A DNA stretch of 64,000 nt from Vairimorpha necatrix (Eukaryota). Within the stretch, counting starts at the first letter, position 1. Each line of letters opens with the position of its first letter. A program made the position numbers and the translations under genes. Below are positions 56,182 through 64,000 of this stretch, piece by piece. The notes under the pieces are model-generated. The model saw only the letters and a program-made list of their open reading frames with translations, was not told where the DNA came from and did no database searches. The stretch spans positions 1,178,001 through 1,242,000 of the forward strand of contig CP142728.1 of the NCBI GenBank assembly GCA_036630325.1, written 5' to 3'.

Positions 56182-59100
56182 CTCCCCCTTTCTTTATCGG
56201 CTCCCAGGTTTCTAGTTCAAAGTCCATCTTCTTTAGGTCTTTCCAATTCACCGAGAACACTTCATTATTAGGGCTTATTATTTCATATGCCCCTTTCTTA
56301 CCCACCTTAGTTATCGTGTATGGGCCCTCGAACTTACTATCCAATTTATTTTTAATCTTGATGAGTGGTTTTCTTCTTAGCACCACGTCTCCTATCTGAA
56401 GTGTCTGTTCTTTAACATCCTTTATTTCACCTTCTCTGGCCTCTCTCTCGGCTTGTAACATAATATCCCGAGTATGCTTTAATCTTTCAAATATTAAAAA
56501 ATTATCTTCCAAATATAAGGTTTCTTCTTCGGGATGTTCCCATGTCATAGGTTTTCGTCCATATAATAGCTCAAAGGGAGAGAGTCCTGTTATTTTTCTG
56601 GGAGAAATTCTGTACGCGTATAGAGCCAGTTCGACGTATTCGTCCCAGTCTTTCCACCTTCCATTTATGATCTTTGCCAATTTGGCCACTAGTGATTGAT
56701 TGGTTCTTTCTACCGTGCCATTACATTGTGGGTGGTAGGCTGATGTAAAAGATTTTCTTATTTTAAATATTCTACATAGTTCTTTGACCGTACTGTTTAA
56801 AAATTCAAGTCCCCTATCTGAAAGAATTTCATTGGGTGGGCCATGTCTACATATAATCTCCTCGAATATAAATTTAGCCACTGTTTTAGAAGTCTTATTT
56901 CTTACGGCTTTCGCTTCGCACCATCTTGTCAAGTAATCGGTGGCGACTATTAGATATATTTTACCATTCTCGGACTTAGGTAGAGGTCCTACCATATCAA
57001 TTCCTACCAGTGAGAATGGATCTTTTAGGCGAATCCTGTGGTGTTCTCTTGGTATTCTTTTTGAATTGAATTTTAAACATACCTGACACTTTCCAATCAC
57101 TTGTTTTATTTCCTCATACATGCCTTTCCATTTGGCTTGGTCAAGAGTTAGAGTGTATGTTGGGAGAGTGCTTCCATGTCCACATTCTTCGTGGCATTTC
57201 AGTATAAGTTCTTTACGACTCTCGGGCGATAGTTCTCGTTCATTTTTATATTTTACTGTGTGAACAAATCTTGTCAATCCGTCAGCTACAACGTTATCTT
57301 TTCCTTTTATGTATTCGATGTCATAGGAGTAATTTTCCAATGTGAGAATCCATCTCATTAGTCTTCCTGTACTTTCTTTATAACTTAGCAGCCATTTGAG
57401 TGCTTGATGATCAGTTTTAATGGTAAAAGTATTTGTAAGATAAATACGGAATTGAGATATGCTCCATATTATCGCCAGGCATTCTTTTTCGGTTACTGTG
57501 TAATTGATTTCAGCTGGATTTAGTTTTCTTGAAATGAAGTATACAGGCATTTCTGTCTCATCGTATACTTGCATTAGCGTTGCTCCTATATAAAGGTTTG
57601 ATGCATCAGTGTACAAGATAAATTTCTTAGTGAAGTCGGGTAGCTTTAAAACGGGAGAGCTCGTAATGATCTCTTTTATTTTCTTAACACTTTGTATGGC
57701 TTCTTCCGAGAATTCAAATTTTCCTTTCTTAAGGCAATCGTAAATAGGAGCCATTATATCTGTGTAGCTCCTTATAAATTTTCTAAAGTAATTTATAAAT
57801 CCAATAAAGGCTCTGGTTTCTTTAAGTGTTGTGGGAATTCTCAAATTTAGACATTTAGTCTGTTGTTCTAACGGTATACTAATACCAGTTTTATTTATCG
57901 TGTATCCCAAGAACTTCACTGTATTCTTTCCGATTTTACATTTTCCGCAGTTGACCCTCAGTTTCAGTTTGTTTAGTATTTTAAAAACCGCTTCTACGTG
58001 TATTAGGTGCTCTTCAATTGACTTCGAATATATCATTATATCGTCCAGGTAAACTTGTACAAATCTATGTAAGTAAGGAGATAATATCGAGTTCATTATT
58101 TTCTGGAATGTAAAAGGTGCATTTACCAGCCCAAATGGCATTCTAACCCATTGGAAAGTTCCTGATCTACTTCTGAAAGCTGTTAGATGCCTATCTTTTT
58201 TTCGAATTCGTATTTGATGGTATCCTGATTCCAAGTCCAAAACTGTAAATACGGACGCTCCTTGAAGTTCTTCTATGGTTTCTTCTACGAGTGGAATTGG
58301 GTAAATCATCTTCTTTGTAATTTTATTGAGTCTCCTATAGTCTATACAAAATCGTGTATCTCCATTCGGTTTTTTTACAAGCACTACCGGAGAAGTATAG
58401 TCTGACTCACTACCCTCAATGAATCCTTTACTTAGGAATTCTTTTACTTTATTTTCGATTATTTCATTTTGTTCCGGCGATCTTCTAAATTGAATATTCT
58501 TTACCTCTGAAAAGTCATTAGTTATTTCAATCGCATGCTCAATGTCTAAGCACGATTGTTGATTATTATCAGAAAATACATCGGGATATTTTGAAATAAC
58601 TTTAATGAATTTTCCCTTTTCATTCTCTGTCATATCTTCTTCTCCAACATCTGCTATTTGAATTTCGGATGCTTTCGCCGTTGTAGTGCAGATAGACTTA
58701 GTTATTTGGGTACTCTTAATTTTATCCAGTATTTTATGTAAGTTTAAGTTCAAGATATCTACTAGGCCAATTATAAGGTCTTCTGGCAGATTCTTGACTA
58801 CATGGGCCTTCAAGACTTTTGTTTTTTTGGTCTTAGGATTTTTTACTAGAAATTCTACTATCCCTTCTGACTTCACTATACCTCCTATTCCTGCTATGGT
58901 CATCGCCTCTTTTTTTGGTTTTAACCCTAATGCTTGGGCTTTATTCCTATTTATGCAGTTAATCTCGGCTCCGGTGTCAATTAGCGCAGCAATTTTTTCT
59001 TTATCTGAAAAAAGATTTATCCTGGCTCGGATATCTGTTGAATTTTTTTTTGTTTCCACTTTACCTATTTTCAGGAGTAATGATGAATTCGAATTTATCT

Positions 59101-59884
59101 GAACTGATTTCTTGTTTATAGTTCTATATTCTTTTTTTTCCTGTAATTGTGTTTCCTGTTGTGGCTTCCTAAATAAGTTTTTTCTTTTCTTTATGTAATT
59201 ATTTATAAAAGTTTCTTTTTCTTCTAGTAGTTCTAATAACTCTATCCAGTCTTGAGTATCGTTGACTGGCTCCTTTAAAGCATCCGGAGAGTTTCTTAGT
59301 ATGGCAATCTTTGATCTTTCAAAGTACTCTGTGTTTCTCTTAGCATACCTCTTTAGGTCATAAGCGTAACTTATAATATCGCTTTCTTTTGGACCTTGAA
59401 CATATAGGTGCATAAACATATCAGTGTTGTCCTCCACTAGTTTCTCCTTTATATATTTTTTTTGGAATTGGGATTTGAACGTCTCGAAGTCTGTTATCTC
59501 TTCGCCCTCGAAAGCCTTATACCATCTTAACGCTTTGCCTTTCAGTTTGGTTTTGGCAATATCTAGCGTCTTGGCTTGTGAATAAACGTCTTCAATTTCT
59601 CTGAACTGAGATAGAAAGTCTTCGGCTTTACTTAGATCTTCGCCGGTAAATTCTGTCCATCTGTTTTGGAGACATAGTTTTTTCATGTAAGAGCAGATGT
59701 CCTCGATCTCATTCATCTTATCCTCTTCACCGTTACCACCAATGTGGACTGATGGTTTCCCATCAGTCCGAGAAGAATGTTTTAGACTAATATTTTTATT
59801 ATTCTTCATACCCTTCTGGGCATGATTTTCTTTTATAATTTTAGGCGGGAAAATATCACCAATTTCCCTCCAAAAATTATACAT
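56117..59884 (-). CDS. Gag-Pol polyprotein (PR-RT-RNaseH-IN)
   Basis: LIDTGA, YLDD, YTDAS, HHCC, and GIDMVGP/SDRG/NGTVER DDE motifs in Gypsy order. The true start may be the ATG at 59716, after the PBS. Confidence 0.95.
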   Translation of the reverse strand: MYNFWREIGDIFPPKIIKENHAQKGMKNNKNISLKHSSRTDGKPSVHIGGNGEEDKMNEIEDICSYMKKLCLQNRWTEFTGEDLSKAEDFLSQFREIEDVYSQAKTLDIAKTKLKGKALRWYKAFEGEEITDFETFKSQFQKKYIKEKLVEDNTDMFMHLYVQGPKESDIISYAYDLKRYAKRNTEYFERSKIAILRNSPDALKEPVNDTQDWIELLELLEEKETFINNYIKKRKNLFRKPQQETQLQEKKEYRTINKKSVQINSNSSLLLKIGKVETKKNSTDIRARINLFSDKEKIAALIDTGAEINCINRNKAQALGLKPKKEAMTIAGIGGIVKSEGIVEFLVKNPKTKKTKVLKAHVVKNLPEDLIIGLVDILNLNLHKILDKIKSTQITKSICTTTAKASEIQIADVGEEDMTENEKGKFIKVISKYPDVFSDNNQQSCLDIEHAIEITNDFSEVKNIQFRRSPEQNEIIENKVKEFLSKGFIEGSESDYTSPVVLVKKPNGDTRFCIDYRRLNKITKKMIYPIPLVEETIEELQGASVFTVLDLESGYHQIRIRKKDRHLTAFRSRSGTFQWVRMPFGLVNAPFTFQKIMNSILSPYLHRFVQVYLDDIMIYSKSIEEHLIHVEAVFKILNKLKLRVNCGKCKIGKNTVKFLGYTINKTGISIPLEQQTKCLNLRIPTTLKETRAFIGFINYFRKFIRSYTDIMAPIYDCLKKGKFEFSEEAIQSVKKIKEIITSSPVLKLPDFTKKFILYTDASNLYIGATLMQVYDETEMPVYFISRKLNPAEINYTVTEKECLAIIWSISQFRIYLTNTFTIKTDHQALKWLLSYKESTGRLMRWILTLENYSYDIEYIKGKDNVVADGLTRFVHTVKYKNERELSPESRKELILKCHEECGHGSTLPTYTLTLDQAKWKGMYEEIKQVIGKCQVCLKFNSKRIPREHHRIRLKDPFSLVGIDMVGPLPKSENGKIYLIVATDYLTRWCEAKAVRNKTSKTVAKFIFEEIICRHGPPNEILSDRGLEFLNSTVKELCRIFKIRKSFTSAYHPQCNGTVERTNQSLVAKLAKIINGRWKDWDEYVELALYAYRISPRKITGLSPFELLYGRKPMTWEHPEEETLYLEDNFLIFERLKHTRDIMLQAEREAREGEIKDVKEQTLQIGDVVLRRKPLIKIKNKLDSKFEGPYTITKVGKKGAYEIISPNNEVFSVNWKDLKKMDFELETWEPIKKGGVSGDRSPVILRLPWRSENTML
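56182..56195 (-). other. Polypurine tract
   Basis: aaagaaagggggag directly abutting the 3' LTR. Confidence 0.9.
59728..59741 (-). other. Primer-binding site, probably tRNA-Leu
   Basis: TGGTGGTAACGGTG lies 1 nt after the 5' LTR and is complementary to a tRNA ending CACCGTTACCA-CCA. The Leu assignment is an inference. Confidence 0.8.
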
Positions 59885-59966
59885 GTAAAGAGGGAGAATA
59901 CTTACAGCATGGTATTCTCAGATCTCCAGGGTAATCTTAGTATCACCGGAGATCTGTCCCCTGACA
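59743..59966 (-). repeat. 5' LTR
   Basis: Identical by eye to 55958-56181. Confidence 0.97.
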
Positions 59967-60334
59967 AAGTTATTTTAAGATATTTTTTTTAGTTATTTAT
60001 AAAAATTTAATGATGGGTTATTAGTTTTTTTTTTCATGTATTAAAGATACAATAATGAATTGTTTTAAATAATGTTCTCATTTTTTTCAAAATGTAAAAA
60101 TTTTAAATTCGGCGAAAACGAATACAAAATTCAAACATTGAATGCTCTTGTAATTTCTGAAAAAACACTCAAAAATTAAGATTTAAAAGTAGAAAATATA
60201 TAAAAGCTACTAAACATGTATAAATATACATCATATAATAGTAAACAGAACAAAAAAAAGCAATGATCACGAAGATACTGAAGTGATTTTGGCCATGTTA
60301 TCCATTAAAAAAAATTTATTTTTTTACCCATTCT

Positions 60335-61252
60335 ATGTTTTTTTTATTTTTTATCAACTATGTGCTCTTACGTCTTTAAGAAAATCTGTAATGTTCTAGA
60401 TTCAACATATAATCAGACTTATGGAACTTTGGGGCATTAAAAATACAGTTACACCAATAAATTATAAGCTCATGATTAAAAAACCATTTGCAACGCAGAA
60501 AAAACTTTCACCGCGAATATTCATACATGTGAAAAAAATCGAAATGACATCAGAGTGTACCTCGGATTTCGACTTGAGAAATTGCCCGACTTATTCTATC
60601 TACCCGAGAGAACCAACGACGAGAAAATATTAAATAGTAACGTACAATTTATTAATGATCGAAAATTTAGATTTATAATTGTCTTTACAATAATTTGAAA
60701 AATTTGATTAGTGAATGGGAAGAAAAAGATTCTAATTTAGAGCGCAATATATATAATATTATTATTGAGGATCAAAGCGATAAATGAAGTATAGACTTCT
60801 AAAGAATAGAATGAATGATTGGATAAGCAATTCTATTATTATAAAAGACGTTTTATTTTGCAAATACTACATTTAATATATAATTCTTAAATAGATAAAG
60901 ATAAGAAATTAAATTTATCTTACCAATTAAGATTTTGCAACGAGTTTATGGATTACGTCTGCAATCTACTGCCTTCTAAGGAAAATATTTACTATGAAAA
61001 TTCCGAGTTACTATTTAATTTTGTCGCATAATTCAAAGATTCACAATTTTATGTTATATAATAAACTTACAAGAAATATTAAACGATTTTTAGGTATTAA
61101 TTACTGAAAATCATGATGTCCAAGATTCTGTTTGTATAAAAATGAAAAATAAAATGGAAGATTTTAATTATAGACTTCATGTTACTTATTATGGTCACGA
61201 TAATTTTATCAAAACAATTAGAAGTTTGTATGAAATGCTTAAAAAGTATTAA
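60335..61252 (+). pseudogene. Orphan tandem family member 4, pseudogene
   Basis: CCC..ATGTTTTTT start; frameshifted pieces YQLRFCNEFMDYVCNLLPSKEN and QDSVC..RLHVTYYG..NFIKTI; same length as its paralogs. Confidence 0.85.
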
Positions 61253-63979
61253 TAAAGCAATTTTAATGATATTTTATTTGCTATAATGATATTATAATCC
61301 GTTTTTATGCAAAAAAACATTTTAAAAGCAAGATAATGAAAAACCATCGTATCTTACAATTTGTCTGAAACCATAGTAAATTAATTGCATAATGGAAGAA
61401 TTAAATTTTAAAAAAAGAACCTTTGCAATTTGTAAGTAATGGAAATTATATAAATGTTTTTATGTTTTTTATTTAAGTTAAAAGCAGCTTATGAAAATAA
61501 ATCTTGCACTCTATTCAAATATGCATTGATGGTAGAAATTCATTATTTTAAATTGAAATAAATTGATTAACAATATTTGTAAAGGCTAGCAAAAATTATT
61601 AGATAAAAAATTCAGTCAAAGTGGTCTAACAGGTATCTACATTGGGATAGTAACACATAAAAAAATATTTTGGTTTGTATCTATTTTTTTGTAATTCGGA
61701 CATTGTAAAATTTTCATATAGAACGTACTAGATATTTATAACTTAAAAAAATTGATACTTTTCTAATTTATGATTACCTCAAAAAAAATTTGTTTATTGC
61801 TTTTGATATTTATGTAAAGATATATTTTTTAGGGAAATCACTCTCTCGTAATATCAATTTAAATGATAAAATTCCAATCAGAGTATAGTTTTTATGTCTT
61901 TATATTTTCTTGCAGGGCTGTTTTAACAACCTCTACAGCCGCGTTTTTTACTCTTACATTTTTTTCCGTTCCTCTCTCCTCTTCAAGTTCCGATTCAACT
62001 TCGTTTCTTCGGCACTGCGCATTGTCAAGCATTCCAAAGTCATTTTGGAATCCTTGTCTGACTGTGATATAGTAAGGGCTTCTAGGCTTGGTCCATTGCA
62101 AAAATGATGGTAGTTTGATTGAAATCATCCCATGTAATTAAAATTATCATTCCTGACTAAAATTTAAAGATTTACAATAATGTGTTTTATATATTCACCG
62201 TTAAATACAAAAAAAATTCTAGCCCCTATACATATAAATATTTTAATGAAAACATATTTTAAACATATTAATTACTAAGAATTATCATCAATACAAAAAT
62301 CTAAATCATATAATTTTAGACTAGATTGTTGATAATCTAATTCAATTTTTAGATAGTTTTTTAGGTGAAAAATACAAGTAAAATAAAAATCAGAAATATA
62401 TAACAGTCGTAATGACATCAAGCCGAAAACCTCTTTATGATTCAGGTAAAGGCCGACATTTATTGATAAAAAGCATTCAAACACATTTCCATTTTTTTGT
62501 CTATTTAGAAAACACTTGTGAATTTCGTTAAAGCGTTGTATTTCATACCTGTAAAAATTATATGGAAATTATAAATTAACACGTTGTTTATAAGAACAAG
62601 TTAGCTCCATATGGCGCTTACCAGAGCAAAAGGTTGTGGTCAAGCAAACATTTTTTATCTTTAAAAACATGAGGGTTAAAGATACAAAGGATAAACTCGG
62701 GCATTGTATAAGTTTTAGGTAAAATCATGTTGCTAGTCGCTATAACTCAAATTTTGAGATTAAATAAAAAACAAAGTATTAGAAGATAGTATAACTATAG
62801 ATTAGAAAACCTTATATATAACTAAGACGATTGCATATCTTATGGGAGGATATTGGTATAAAAAATACTTGGCGAAGTAGTAAATAGGTATTTTTTATTT
62901 TTACTAAAAAAATATAATCATTTATTATTTATAGCTATTTTCATTGTCGCATGTCTAAGTAAATTTTTATTTTGTTGGAATATAATATTTTTCGTGCATT
63001 AAGCTTAAAATTTTTGTACAGTATCATCTTTATATAAAAAAGCACGAAATTTTCGTTATATCAACCCGATAATGTGTAAAATTGGCAGCTAGCAAAAAAA
63101 CATTCTAGAAATCTTGTAAGGAATGAATGATACTAATGTTTTTGATTAACTTAGATTTTGATTGTGGCACACTTATGTGTATATGGTCAACTAATTAATC
63201 AAAAGATCAAGATCTTTGTACTGTAATGCTTTACCATGAAGGTATCAGCATACTTAGTTGAGATATTTCATACTAATCGGCAAAGTGTATGTATGGAAAG
63301 AGAAATATTAAGATTTAAATAATTTATGACCTAAACAATGTTTCGAAATACATATTTTATTTATGCTGAATGTTTCTAAATGCAATAAAGATATTTCTTT
63401 TAGAATTACAAAATTTACAACAAAAGCGATGTTTTTAGTATCGTTTGCATTGCTTATTTTTGAAAAATATTGAAGAAGTTGTTGATAAAAAGATGAGTTT
63501 TTAAAATTGATTTTGGAATTATAATAGTTGTATTTTTAACCATTTTAATAGTGTTAATGATACAATTTAGTTTATTTATATACATAATTTTTACTGTGTC
63601 TGAATGTAATATCGTCGAAAAATAATTATGCTATTACATTTAGGGACTTATGTTTATAAATGAATATATAAAATAATCTATTTTAATCCATTATTTTATT
63701 TTTCATACAAAAAAATTATAATTTTTTTAAGTATTTTTTCTATTTGTACTTATATTTTATCTTTTAATTTTGTGCACTAAATAAAAATTTTACGCCCTAA
63801 ACGATCTTTGATCTTTTTAGATCTGTAAATTTTATCATATCTTCGACGGGAAAAAAATCGAATAAAAAATATTAAGACATTGGCGTAAAGCATGTTTATC
63901 TGTTTATAAAAAAGCCTTATAAAACATTGATAAGCTGTAAACGTTAGTATCATATTTTAGGGATTCTTCTTTTTAAAAT

Positions 63980-64000
63980 AATTTTTTTTACCCCTTAATG
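63980..64000 (+). promoter_or_regulatory. T-run/CCCC motif plus ATG: probable start of a gene beyond the window
   Basis: atttttttta-cccc-ttaATG, the same layout as upstream of many genes in this window. Confidence 0.55.

Larger units (their letters stand above)
55958..59966 (-). mobile_element. Intact Ty3/Gypsy LTR retrotransposon, 4009 bp
   Basis: Two 224-bp TG...CA LTRs, 5-bp TSD aagtt (55953-55957 and 59967-59971), PBS, PPT and a single gag-pol ORF. Confidence 0.97.

Noticed and set aside
61863-62128. Short GC-richer ORFs
   Set aside because: Fragmentary, with no CCC start or recognisable domain.
1-64000. CRISPR array or prokaryotic defence system
   Set aside because: The sequence is eukaryotic and I saw no repeat-spacer array or cas-like ORF.

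Overview
AT-rich eukaryotic DNA that looks microsporidian (Nosema/Vairimorpha-like). This is inferred from intronless shortened fungal-type genes, CCC motifs just upstream of ATGs, AATAAA overlapping stop codons and an NPA/NPG aquaporin. From about 1 to 46 kb it is mostly housekeeping genes (aquaporin, PIG-L, SND2, SUMO, NPL4, DnaJ, RBBP4/HAT2, Aurora, p24, SLH1/ASCC3-type helicase, GAA1, GAPDH, SEC3, PKC1, RING-H2 ligase, GCN1-like, ASF1, tRNA-Ile, tRNA-Gly), interrupted by repeat islands. From about 46 to 64 kb it is gene-sparse: a tandem family of ~315-aa probably secreted orphan proteins (3 intact, 1 pseudogene), a non-autonomous Helitron, a Merlin transposase remnant and an intact 4.0-kb Ty3/Gypsy element with identical LTRs. 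The main hidden signals are a ~780-bp tRNA-headed SINE family (5 copies, with target-site duplications, one nested in an older copy), a truncated RLE-type LINE that may be related to its mobiliser, and a possible host-nuclear effector carrying PY-NLS-like and CtBP-type PLNLS motifs. All calls come from reading motifs by eye; no searches were run.
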